From Candidatus Acidiferrales bacterium (GTDB lineage Bacteria; Acidobacteriota; Terriglobia; Acidiferrales; UBA7541), in contig CAVUHB010000004.1 of assembly GCA_963741165.1 (NCBI GenBank), positions 202,413 to 266,412 on the forward strand: a DNA stretch of 64,000 bases. Reading direction: 5' to 3'. This document shows positions 42,130 to 50,936 of this stretch, in pieces; within the stretch, counting starts at the first letter, position 1, and the number at the start of each line of letters is the position of its first letter. The notes under the pieces are model-generated. The model was not told where the DNA came from. It saw only the letters and a list, made by a program, of their open reading frames with translations, and searched no databases. Both the position numbers and the translations under genes were made by a program.

Positions 42130-43245
42130 ATGAGCGAGTGGACGAAAAACGCTTTGGATACCCCGGAAAAGATGGAAGGCGGAAGTTCTGCGGAAGCAGA
42201 TCTGGGATTTCTGTGGGACTTCTGGTATCCGGCAATCACGAGCGATGAGATTTATGGGCGCAACCTGGCTACGGCGACGCTGCTCGAGATTCCGCTGGTG
42301 ATCGGGCGGACACGCGGGGGGAAGTCGTTTGCGATGCGGGATGCCTGTCCACACCGGGGGATTCCGCTGTCGTATGGACATTTTGATGGGAGTAACGTGC
42401 AGTGCAGTTACCACGGTTGGGAGTTTGATGCCTCGAGCGGGCGATGCGTCGGGATTCCGTCGCTGACCAGTGCGGATAAAATGAAGGTGGAGCGCATCAG
42501 TGCTACGCATTTTCCATGCGAAGAACGGGACGGGTATGTGTGGGTGTACATGAATGTGCCGGGCACACCAGTGCCGGACTCGCTGCCCGCCGTGCCGGAG
42601 CTGCCGAAGTTCAGTACGCGATTTAAGATCACGCGGCTCGATTGCGACCTGCCCTCGCATGTCGATCAGGGGATCATCGGATTGATGGATCCGGCGCACG
42701 GACCGTTTGTCCACCAATCGTGGTTTTGGCGCAGCAAGAAGAGCATCCACGAGAAAGCCAAGCAGTTTGAGCCGATTCCGCATGGCTTCCGCATGAGCAA
42801 GCATTCACCTTCGACCAATAGTGCACCGTATCAATTGCTAAAGAAGATTACCGGGGAGCCGGTAACGACGACCATCGATTTTGTGCTACCCAATATGCGG
42901 TTCGAAGAGATTCACAGCGGGAAACTGTGGTTTTCGAGCCGCGCAACAGTAACTCCGGTGCGGCGGGATTTGTGCCGAATTGATTTTGTCGCCGCGTGGA
43001 ATCTGCCGCTGCCTGTATCCATTTTTCGCGCCTTTGCGAAAGTGTTTTTGCGACAGGATCAGGTGACGATGATTCAGCAGGCCGAAGGACTCAAGCATAA
43101 CCCGCGGCTGATGCTGATTGATGACGCGGACCGGCCGGCGAAGTGGTATTTCGCGTTGAAGCAGAATCTTCTCGTGTCGCGGCGTACCGGAGAACCGGCC
43201 GTGCATCCGATGGAGGGGACAGTCACTTTGCGCTGGAAGAGTTAA
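42130..43245 (+). CDS. Rieske [2Fe-2S] oxygenase (PaO/Tic55-like non-heme iron oxygenase)
   Basis: Rieske ligands CPHRG...CSYHGW. The downstream mononuclear-iron region includes DPAHGPFVH. Confidence 0.8.
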   Translation: MSEWTKNALDTPEKMEGGSSAEADLGFLWDFWYPAITSDEIYGRNLATATLLEIPLVIGRTRGGKSFAMRDACPHRGIPLSYGHFDGSNVQCSYHGWEFDASSGRCVGIPSLTSADKMKVERISATHFPCEERDGYVWVYMNVPGTPVPDSLPAVPELPKFSTRFKITRLDCDLPSHVDQGIIGLMDPAHGPFVHQSWFWRSKKSIHEKAKQFEPIPHGFRMSKHSPSTNSAPYQLLKKITGEPVTTTIDFVLPNMRFEEIHSGKLWFSSRATVTPVRRDLCRIDFVAAWNLPLPVSIFRAFAKVFLRQDQVTMIQQAEGLKHNPRLMLIDDADRPAKWYFALKQNLLVSRRTGEPAVHPMEGTVTLRWKS

Positions 43246-43280
43246 AGGGCCAGCGGCATGCGAGAAACAGAGGCACATCG

Positions 43281-44649
43281 ATGGTACAGCTGAGTCGAAC
43301 AAAGAGATGGGTAGCAGTCTTCCTACTTCTCGGTACGGAAGGGGTAGGGATCTCCCCTTCTCGGGCGGCCGAAAAACGGAATGCGCTGCAGCTGATTGAA
43401 CTGGCTAGGACCGATGGGCCGGGGCTGCCGGAAGCGATTGCGGCTAGCCTCGATACCAAGGCTTTAGCGGAAGGGAAGGCCTGGGCGGGGCATGGGCCGG
43501 ATTTTTTCTTTGCGACCGAGGCCGATTCTGAGCCGAGTCTATTTGTGGATGACGCGGTTACTCCGAAGATGAAACGCGTTGCCGGATCGAAACTCTGGTA
43601 CGGGATTGCGCGAATCGAGCCGGTGGGGAAAGCGCATGCGTTCTACTACCTGGTAGCGGGAAAGAAATTCGGAGGGAGCACGGACCTGCCCGCGTTTACA
43701 CCGGATTCCTACTCGCAGCCGGGAGTGCCGACAGGAACGCTTTCCGCAAAATTAACCCACATCAGCAAAATCTACGACGGGATGAAGAGCGAATACTGGA
43801 TCTACGTGCCGGCGCAATACGACGCAAAGACTCCAGCGGCGCTGATGGTCTTTCAGGATGGTGGCGGGTACATTCACCGCGACGGCGACAGGCTCGAACT
43901 GAATGTCATCGACAACCTGATTGCGCAGAAGAAAATTCCAGTGATGATCTGCGTGTTTATCAATCCGGGAGATATCAGCGACGCACCGGGCACCCCCACC
44001 TACAATTTTGTGAAGGCCTACGGGGAGAAGTGGAAGCGGGATCTGAAGGATTCGATGCGCAGCACGCTCTACGATACGGTTAGCGATCGATACGCGCGGT
44101 TTCTGCGGGAGGAAATTCTGACGGAGGTTTCATCGAACTACAACATTCGGCGAGACGCCTACAGCAGGGGGATTACCGGACTCTCTTCGGGCGGAATCTG
44201 CGCGTTCAATGCGGCCTGGCAGATGCCGGAGCAGTTCAGCCGGGTGATTTCCTGGATTGGCAGCTTTGAGTCGATTCAGTGGAAAGAAGATCCGGCGATT
44301 CCGGATGGTGGGCAGGATTTTCCGAACAAGGTTTTGCGGGAGCAGAAGCGAAACATTCGCGTATGGCTCGAGGACGGTTCCACGTGATCTGGAATTGCGG
44401 TATGGAAGCTGGCCGATGGCGAATATTCGGATGGCCAACGCGCTCAAGCAGAAGGGCTATGATTTCCATTTCAGTTTCGGGAAGGGCTCGCACAATACCG
44501 CGCATGGCGGGGCGGAATTCCCGGCGGAAATGACTTGGCTCTGGCGGGATTACGACCCCGGCAAGACCGAGCAGGCCTATCAGATGGAAGCACCCGAAGC
44601 GGCTAAGCCCTTGTTTCGCGTGGCGATTGTAAATCGGGATGCCGAATAG
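43281..44649 (+). pseudogene. Secreted esterase (enterochelin-esterase-like 'putative esterase' family) interrupted by a +1 frameshift
   Basis: ORF to 44387 gives a signal peptide, an N-terminal Ig-like part, the nucleophile elbow GLSSGG and ..IRVWLEDGST*. The +1 ORF (44257..44649) continues with DLELRYGSWPMAN..GYDFHFSFGKGSHN. The switch lies at about 44376-44388. Confidence 0.8.
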
Positions 44650-44686
44650 ATTTCCGGGCCCCCAGGAATTATTGGTGAGAAACGTT

Positions 44687-45346
44687 CTAGCGGAGTTTGG
44701 CTAAATCGAAACTGGTTTGTACTTCCTCCTCGTCCGTGGTGAAGACACTGACGTCGGTGTCATCGGAAGCGACACTCTGCGCATCGTATTCGAGGTACAC
44801 CCAGGCGCCGACCAGACCGCTGCTGCCAAAGGAGTCCGGGCCGCCGTAGTCCGCTTCTCCGTGAATCACGCGCGGTGCAATCCAATCAGCCTTCTGTTTG
44901 ATGCCGTAGCGAAAATCCTGCCAGAAATCTTCTGTTCGCAGCTTTAGCCCCTTTTTGCCCGCGACTTCGTTGGCAGAGTGTTCCGCGTCGATCGGGCCGT
45001 AGGAGGGTGTGAACTCGATATGGACGACCAGAAGGATCACGTCGCCGCGAGCCTTGTAGTCAAGCGCTGCTTGCTGGGCGCTGTAACCGGAGGTGGCCTG
45101 GCTCGAGATTTGGACGACTTGCGCAAGCGGGGTTAACAGGCGAATCTCTGAAATGTTCGGACCCTTCCTGGGGCGCGGCGGATGTTTTGTGTACGGGGTG
45201 AAAAAGGCGCGAGTCTTTTCGCCGTTGCGCTGGCCAAGAAAATAGGCTTCGCGCACGGCTGTGTCGGAGAGCTCACTGTCGTAGGCGAAAAGCGGACCGG
45301 TCGCGAGGCAAAAGCAGAGGAGCAGCGGAGGGAATCGACGCAGCAT
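44687..45346 (-). CDS. Secreted hypothetical protein
   Basis: Signal peptide MLRRFPPLLLCFCLATGPLFA. No domain was recognised. It starts 9 nt downstream of the ThyX-like gene on the same strand. Confidence 0.6.
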   Translation of the reverse strand: MLRRFPPLLLCFCLATGPLFAYDSELSDTAVREAYFLGQRNGEKTRAFFTPYTKHPPRPRKGPNISEIRLLTPLAQVVQISSQATSGYSAQQAALDYKARGDVILLVVHIEFTPSYGPIDAEHSANEVAGKKGLKLRTEDFWQDFRYGIKQKADWIAPRVIHGEADYGGPDSFGSSGLVGAWVYLEYDAQSVASDDTDVSVFTTDEEEVQTSFDLAKLR

Positions 45347-45354
45347 GGTAAACC

Positions 45355-46944
45355 TCAGATGCGGCGGGGCGTGTTCGGAAAATCCAGCCAGACTTTTACG
45401 CCGCAGAAGTGCGACCCTTCGGTGCAGATGGGGGTGGTGATTCCGGCGCGGATGTGACAGGGAGGGCCGATGAATTTCGCGAGTTGCGGATGAACTTTGC
45501 CTAGTTCGGCGAGTTCATCCATGGAGGACTGGTAGATTTCTTCCTGAGCGTTGAAACAGGTGCGCATGGTCCACTTGTGAAGAAGATGGAGAAGCGAGCC
45601 GGTCTCGACCAAACGAATGGATTTGGCATTCGGCAAGACGTACAGAGCAATCTCGGGCGGCACACCGCGATCGAGCAGCTGGTTTTTGGCGTGCCAGGCG
45701 TCCTGCATGGCCCGCTCGTAAAGGTCTCTGGCGCGAGGATTTTCTCCAAGGAGCATGGGCGTAATGAAGTCCGGTTCACGGGTATCGGCGAGGGTTAGCA
45801 ACGGACGCGAGCCGGGAACCATACGATGCCGCTGATCCTGGCTGTCGGCGGTGTGGCTGATCTTCTTGGCAAACGTGTAGTTGGCGTGCTGCAGGGCGCG
45901 CATCATCGGAGCGTGCACGCCGACATTTAGAGTTTCCAGGCGATAGAGATTGCGCGCGGGATTCAAAAGGCGATCGATGGCTTCGGCGTCCGAGCAGGCG
46001 GATTCCGGGAGACCGACAACCGCGCGATAGGATTCGGCGATCACGCGCGGGGCGTTCGGCGAATAATCGATGAGGCGTGCCGTCTTGCCCCCAAGACGGG
46101 CATCGAATTCAGCTGCGAATTCAGCGGCGTGAACCCGTTTTGGCGCGACATCTTTCCATTCCGGCAGCTCCTCGAGCGGAGTAGTGCCGAAGCGATCGAA
46201 GAATTGCGGATCGAGCTGGCGGACAAGCGCGACCATATCGCCGATGACCGCGCGAGCTTCGCTCGGCGTATCCGAGGCAGAACACATGCGCCAGAGACGG
46301 TGGAGGACGATGCCTGAAACGGTATGCACCATGGTGGTGAAGGCGGCAAGGGGCAAAACGTAGCGGGCAATTTCAATGGAACGTTTTTCGGAAGAGCGTT
46401 CGATCTTGACGATGCGCTTCGGATGGGACATTGGGCCGATGTGCCAGATGTCGTTCAAGATTTCGCGGGCGTCGGGAACCAGCAGCGCGGAAAGCTCACG
46501 GTAGTAGGCCCAAGCGCGGATGATAGCGGCTTCGTAGATGCGCCGCGAGCCCTGGTCAAAGAACAGCGAGCTCTGCGGGATGTATGCTTGCGCAGTAGTC
46601 AGACGCACGTAGCGTTGGCTCTGCTGTTCCGAATTGTAAAAAGGATGGGCGTGCAGAAAAGACCACACAAACTGCCGGCTTATATTTTCGAGGCCGAATT
46701 CAAAGTGCGCGTGCTGGTAGACGGTGTGATGGCCGCTGTAGAAGGTGCCGGCACCGATGTTGAGGCGTTGCTTATCGGTGATCTCATCGGGGTTGATGAG
46801 ATGGGTGGAATAGCAGGTACGCGCGGCAGCGATAGCGGAATCGAAGGGATGAGCGAACGCGTTTCGGAGAGTAACGCGCGGCGGCGCGGTCTCGACAGCG
46901 TCGGGAGCGGGAGAATCATCGAACATGGGTGACTGCGTAGCCAC
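45355..46944 (-). CDS. thyX: Two-domain FAD-dependent thymidylate synthase (ThyX-like pseudo-dimer)
   Basis: At 529 aa it is about twice the size of a ThyX monomer. The N-half has SRQF...SEQQSQRY (the S-x-RY part of the ThyX signature). The C-half has SQDQRHRM (the RHR part). The assignment is from motif recall only. Confidence 0.55.
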   Translation of the reverse strand: MATQSPMFDDSPAPDAVETAPPRVTLRNAFAHPFDSAIAAARTCYSTHLINPDEITDKQRLNIGAGTFYSGHHTVYQHAHFEFGLENISRQFVWSFLHAHPFYNSEQQSQRYVRLTTAQAYIPQSSLFFDQGSRRIYEAAIIRAWAYYRELSALLVPDAREILNDIWHIGPMSHPKRIVKIERSSEKRSIEIARYVLPLAAFTTMVHTVSGIVLHRLWRMCSASDTPSEARAVIGDMVALVRQLDPQFFDRFGTTPLEELPEWKDVAPKRVHAAEFAAEFDARLGGKTARLIDYSPNAPRVIAESYRAVVGLPESACSDAEAIDRLLNPARNLYRLETLNVGVHAPMMRALQHANYTFAKKISHTADSQDQRHRMVPGSRPLLTLADTREPDFITPMLLGENPRARDLYERAMQDAWHAKNQLLDRGVPPEIALYVLPNAKSIRLVETGSLLHLLHKWTMRTCFNAQEEIYQSSMDELAELGKVHPQLAKFIGPPCHIRAGITTPICTEGSHFCGVKVWLDFPNTPRRI

Positions 46945-46993
46945 GATGAGAGTTGATTCTACACGGAGTAGAAGAAGGCCACAAAAGGGTTCG

Positions 46994-47030
46994 TAAACAA
47001 AAAGAAAGGACCGGAATGATGCCGGTCCTT
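46994..47030 (-). terminator. Rho-independent terminator of rpmE
   Basis: The minus strand reads GGACCGG-CATCATT-CCGGTCC followed by TTTCTTTTTGTTT, 30 nt after the rpmE stop. Confidence 0.85.
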
Positions 47031-47058
47031 CGGTAAAGCGATGCGTTCGATAGGCTGC

Positions 47059-47289
47059 TTAGTTCGTCTTCGCTGTCGAAGCGGGAACGTTGGCATATTT
47101 CTTCTGGAAACGCTCGACGCGGCCCGCCGTGTCGACCAACTTCTGCTTTCCCGTGAAGAAGGGGTGGCAATCGGAGCAAATTTCAACACGGAGCATGTCG
47201 CCCTTGATGGTCGAGCGAGTCTGGAAGGTGTGTCCGCAAGCGCAGTGGACGGTTACCGCGTGATAATCGGGGTGGATACCGGTCTTCAT
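47059..47289 (-). CDS. rpmE: 50S ribosomal protein L31 (Zn-binding C+ form)
   Basis: [17 protein letters not shown]...[13 protein letters not shown]. Confidence 0.95.
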   Translation of the reverse strand: MKTGIHPDYHAVTVHCACGHTFQTRSTIKGDMLRVEICSDCHPFFTGKQKLVDTAGRVERFQKKYANVPASTAKTN

Positions 47290-47525
47290 AATTCTCCCTT
47301 TGTCGTGTCCGGTCTGCGCGGCAAACAGCAGATAGAAGAGCACAGCCGCGTCGCTAGGTCACGAGACAATCGCTAATTATACGGGAATTTCGGCAAAACG
47401 CAAAATGCGGAACTTGGACGGAAGGATCAGTCTCTCTAAAGGCGGCTTCAGAAGGACCCGCCCATAGAATTCAATCCGGTTCGCTTTGTTTATCGTGCTA
47501 CGCGGGAATTGACCCACGACCGAAA

Positions 47526-48561
47526 TCAGGGTGTTGGGACGGCGGCGGTGGCTTCGTTCGAGTAGGAGCTTTCTGCGCCGGAGTGCGTGACGGCAGTAAC
47601 CGCATAGTAGTAGGTCGTGCCCGATTCGACGGTGGCGTCGTCGTAGTCTGTGGCGGAGACGAGCGCACCGGTGATGAGCTGAAACCCGCTGTTGGCGGAT
47701 TGCGACCGGTAGATGTGATAACCGGCGACAGGACTACTGCTGGCATTCCAGGAAAGATGAACCGTGTGCGAGACCGGCGTTGGTGTCGGGGTAGGTGTTG
47801 GAGATGTGGTGGAACTGGTGCCGTCACCCGCGAGTGTAACGACGGGCGGAGTGGCAAGATTCGCGCTAAGGATGGAAAGCTTGCCGGCGGCCGAACCCTT
47901 GGCGGTGGGGCGGAACCAAACCTGGAACGTCACGGATTGGTTGGGAGCCAGGCTGTATCCGGGAGAAAGATTGGTATAGCCAAACCCCGCACCTACCACG
48001 GTAATCCCGCTCAGTGTGATGTTGACATCGCCCGAGTTCTGCAACGTGACGTTCTTTGTAGTGGTCGATTGCACGGTAAGTGTGCCGAAATTTATCGATG
48101 CAGGGAGAAACCTGCGCTGCGGCAAGAACCTTTTCACCGCTCCCCGACAAGGACACGGATGCGACCGTATTCACTGCGTTCGAACTGATCTTGAGGGCGG
48201 CCGAAACGTTGCCGGCGAGCGAGGGTGTAAAGGATAGCGAGTAATCCAGGCTCATGTTTGGCAACACGACCCTCGGGATAGATGGGCCGGAGATGACAAA
48301 TTGTTTGTCATTGAGCGAGAGGCCGGTAATGCGCAGCGGGGTGCCACCGGAATTTGAAACATGAAGGGTCTGGGTAAGGGTCTGCCCAAGAACCACGGTC
48401 TTAAAATTGAAGACGGTGGAGGAAAGGGTCAGCACAGGTTGCAACTGGGAAGTGGGAGGCTGATAGGCAGCACAGCCTGAGAGCAGCAGGGAAGTCAAAA
48501 GGAAGCCGAGGAGGGCAGGGTGTCGTCGACCTGTAGAATGGCGCAGCCAAAATAGAATCAA
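47526..48561 (-). pseudogene. Surface lipoprotein (choice-of-anchor-D/ASH-like Ig domains + FN3) interrupted by a +1 frameshift
   Basis: ORF 47866..48561 gives the lipobox LLLSGC and the first Ig-like domain, ending ..SLSGSGEKVLAAAQVSP. The +1 ORF 47526..48137 continues with ASINFGTLTV.., a second domain, a (TP)n linker and an FN3-like end. The switch is at about 48098-48112. Confidence 0.8.
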
Positions 48562-48786
48562 AATTGCCCCCGTTCCGTTGATGTAGAAACTTACCCTCTA
48601 GAGAGAGGTAGAGGCAATTTGACCAAGGTACAGTTGAAGTACAGATGCGCTCCTGCACTTACCTGTACCGACGGACAGCTCGGAAGCTGGGGGAAATCAG
48701 GATTGGGGAATATTTGCTATAAAAATTCCCAAACGTGTGGCGAACGCGAAGGGGCTCTCGTAGGCGGACGGAGTTTTCGGAGCGGG

Positions 48787-50040
48787 TCAGGAGATGAAAT
48801 GACAACCAAAACGGAAGGAACCTTCTGAAGTGCGCCGTGTCCAAACCGGCTTCAGGTAAACCCGTACCGGGGGAAGGATGGGGACATGGAGAATTGCCAG
48901 GATGTTTTCAGGAAGCTCTTCCGGTTGCTCAAATTCGAGTGCAACGCCGCCAAAGCCCAGATCGAGCACACGAGCACGACGCTCACCCTGTTCGCCAATG
49001 ATGGCGTAGGCTTTCGTGCCGACCATCGAGACACGTTCTGCCTTTCGCTGCACGGAATAAGAAATGGACGGAGCGGGGGAGGCCATAGAACTAGCGAACG
49101 GATGAACAGCGGGTGGCGGGGCGGCCGGAGATTCTGTGGAACCGGCATCTAGAGTGCGACCGGAAGCAATCGAAACGGGTGCGGGAGAGGGGACCGATTC
49201 GGACTGGAAGGGAGAGCGGGGGGGCGCGGAATCGGCCGAGCGCACGTGATTGGTATGCTTCAGTCGATACAATCGTTCGTCAGCGACATGAATCAGCCGG
49301 TCGACTTGTTCCCCGTCTTGAGGAAAGTTGGCGACACCGTGGTCCATGGTGACGCTGATCGCAAGCTTCAGGGGGCGAAGCATTTCCGCGAAGACCGCCT
49401 CCACACGACGACTGAGAGCAAGGGCCTGATCGGGATCGGTCTGCGGTAGCAGAAGAGCGAACTCGTCGCCGCCAATCCGAAAAGCGGAGTCCGAGGTACG
49501 TAACGCTCGCTGGAAAGTACTCGCAGTTGCTTTGAGGACATCGTCTCCACGAGGATGGCCGTAGGTGTCGTTCACTTCCTTGAAACGATGCAAATCGAGC
49601 ATGACGATGCCAAATGGCAAGCCGTAGCGGCGCGCACGATTGAGTTCTTTTTCGAAATATTCGGCGAATAGGCGGCGATTGTACAGGCCCGTGAGCGGAT
49701 CGGTAGCGGCATTGCGCTGCAGTTTCTTGTACTCACCATATTCGAGAACAACAGGAACGCGAACCAGACCGGCGGTCGACAGCACATCCATCAGAACAGT
49801 TTTCAGTGAAATTACGCGGCCAAGCTGTCTAGTGAGCTCGAGTCGCTGCGAGAGCACCTCATTCCAGAGCTGAAGACAGTAAGACTCGCGCAGATCGAGT
49901 TGTGTAGTGGCACGGAAGTAGCGCTGGAGAAAGTGGCTCCGCGCAGGAATATCCATGCTTTCGAGCGTGTCGGCAAGCAGCTCGAGATAAGAGTCTTCAA
50001 TGGGCAAACGCGGGGCCGCTGGGCCGCCGGGGCTGGGCAT
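48787..50040 (-). CDS. Diguanylate cyclase (GGDEF, I-site intact) fused to a C-terminal PilZ domain
   Basis: DPLTGLYNRR, RIGGDEF with RTSD exactly 5 aa upstream (RxxD I-site). The C-terminal part has RKAER ... DLGFGG (PilZ RxxxR / DxSxxG-like). Confidence 0.88.
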   Translation of the reverse strand: MPSPGGPAAPRLPIEDSYLELLADTLESMDIPARSHFLQRYFRATTQLDLRESYCLQLWNEVLSQRLELTRQLGRVISLKTVLMDVLSTAGLVRVPVVLEYGEYKKLQRNAATDPLTGLYNRRLFAEYFEKELNRARRYGLPFGIVMLDLHRFKEVNDTYGHPRGDDVLKATASTFQRALRTSDSAFRIGGDEFALLLPQTDPDQALALSRRVEAVFAEMLRPLKLAISVTMDHGVANFPQDGEQVDRLIHVADERLYRLKHTNHVRSADSAPPRSPFQSESVPSPAPVSIASGRTLDAGSTESPAAPPPAVHPFASSMASPAPSISYSVQRKAERVSMVGTKAYAIIGEQGERRARVLDLGFGGVALEFEQPEELPENILAILHVPILPPVRVYLKPVWTRRTSEGSFRFGCHFIS

Positions 50041-50117
50041 AGCCTGGGTTTCCTAAAGTCTGCCTCTCCCCGCGGGGGCTGGGGCACGCACAGCAAACCT
50101 GTCTATCTAGAAAAGGG

Positions 50118-50134
50118 AGCAAGCCAGGTTCCAA
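50118..50134 (-). promoter_or_regulatory. Candidate sigma-54 (-24/-12) promoter of the GGDEF-PilZ gene
   Basis: The minus strand reads TTGGAAC-CTGGC-TTGCT (consensus TGGCAC-N5-TTGCW). The spacing is correct, and the -12 element lies about 78 nt upstream of the ATG at 50040. Confidence 0.6.
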
Positions 50135-50302
50135 TTCACGTTGTGCGAGCAACCTGCGACCTATAGAGGGAGGAGGCTCTGGGGACGGCGGTATCCTATT
50201 ACAAAAGGATGAGATATGCGAGTTTTAGATTCAGACGCGGGAGGTGGTGGCAACGGGAGAATGGCCACAGGCGTGTGGTCGGTCTACGGCCGGGATAGGG
50301 AA

Positions 50303-50620
50303 TTACTCAAGAGGGCGAAGGAATTCCAGGCCAAACAGACGGAGTTGTCCCATCATGTCTTGGCGTTTGACCCGGGCAACAATAGGGGGAGTCTCACTGG
50401 GGATGAGACTCGAGGAGGCTGGGGAGGGGGCTGGTATCGTGAGCTGGACGGTCTGTTCCAGGCGAAGGAGGTGGGAACAGGCTATGCAAGCACCCGTCGC
50501 GCTAATATTGATGGTCTTGCTAAGCTCGATAAACTCGGTACCATTCGCATCGGCAGCCCGGACGAAAACAGGGACCTGGATCCGGATTCTTGAGGAGCGG
50601 CGAGTTCCAGAGGTATCCAT
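50303..50620 (-). CDS. Stand-alone PilZ domain protein
   Basis: RRSSR then 26 aa then NISATG (RxxxR / (D/N)xSxxG). The ATG at 50620 is preceded by GAGGA. An alternative ATG lies at 50668. Confidence 0.8.
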   Translation of the reverse strand: MDTSGTRRSSRIRIQVPVFVRAADANGTEFIELSKTINISATGACIACSHLLRLEQTVQLTIPAPSPASSSLIPSETPPIVARVKRQDMMGQLRLFGLEFLRPLE

Positions 50621-50693
50621 TTGAGGATCCTCGTTAATCTTTTGGTCTAGACGGATGTGCATTGTCATAGTACTCAGGGTCTAGTACACCAGT

Positions 50694-50710
50694 AGCAGGT
50701 CGAGTGCCAG
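50694..50710 (-). promoter_or_regulatory. Candidate sigma-54 (-24/-12) promoter of the stand-alone PilZ gene
   Basis: The minus strand reads CTGGCAC-TCGAC-CTGCT. The -24 box is perfect, the spacing is correct and the -12 box has one mismatch. Confidence 0.6.
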
Positions 50711-50936
50711 TGCGGTGCGACAATCTCTCGACTAAAGCTTTTATTTTTAGTGCCATAGGAATTGTGACGAATGACCATCCGAAGCAATAGGCAACCAAAG
50801 GGAAGGTATTGTCTCCTGGAGTTCCCAAAATGTGCAAAGGAACGGATTTACCATTGACAGGCTGCGCCGGTGTCTGCAACGATGTGATCGCTTTCAGTAT
50901 GGGAAAATATTTACCACTTCAGAAGGAAAACCACGG

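Noticed and set aside
7756-48561. The idea that the five +1 shifts are programmed ribosomal frameshifts (RF2/prfB-style).
   Set aside because: There is no shared slippery motif, no upstream Shine-Dalgarno-like stimulator and no common codon context. Only the esterase site coincides with a stop codon, and ACG-to-CGU re-pairing is implausible.
50085-50135. The plus-strand string CACGCACAG-CAAACC ... GGGAGCAAGCC resembles the conserved core of the c-di-GMP-I (GEMM-I) riboswitch (CACGCACAGGGCAAACC ... GGGACGCAAAGCC as I recall it from Vc2). It sits in the c-di-GMP island.
   Set aside because: It is antisense to both flanking genes. It lacks the GG of the CAGGGC ligand pocket. I could not draw a GNRA-capped P2 helix or a P1 helix. 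Its second half coincides with the better-supported sigma-54 promoter on the other strand. A cmsearch with RF01051 and RF01786 on both strands would settle the question.
50216-50624. Two long plus-strand ORFs (125 and 126 aa), one with an AAGGA-like Shine-Dalgarno sequence, lie opposite the PilZ gene.
   Set aside because: One is in exact antiparallel codon register with the minus-strand ORF, the commonest shadow-ORF geometry. It is Gly/Arg-rich and low in complexity. The minus-strand product has canonical PilZ motifs (RRSSR ... NISATG) at the correct spacing.
50750-50755. A second perfect TGGCAC (minus strand) lies upstream of the PilZ gene.
   Set aside because: It is followed by TAAAAATAAAAGC, with no GC at the -12 position. 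It could at most be part of an upstream activator region.
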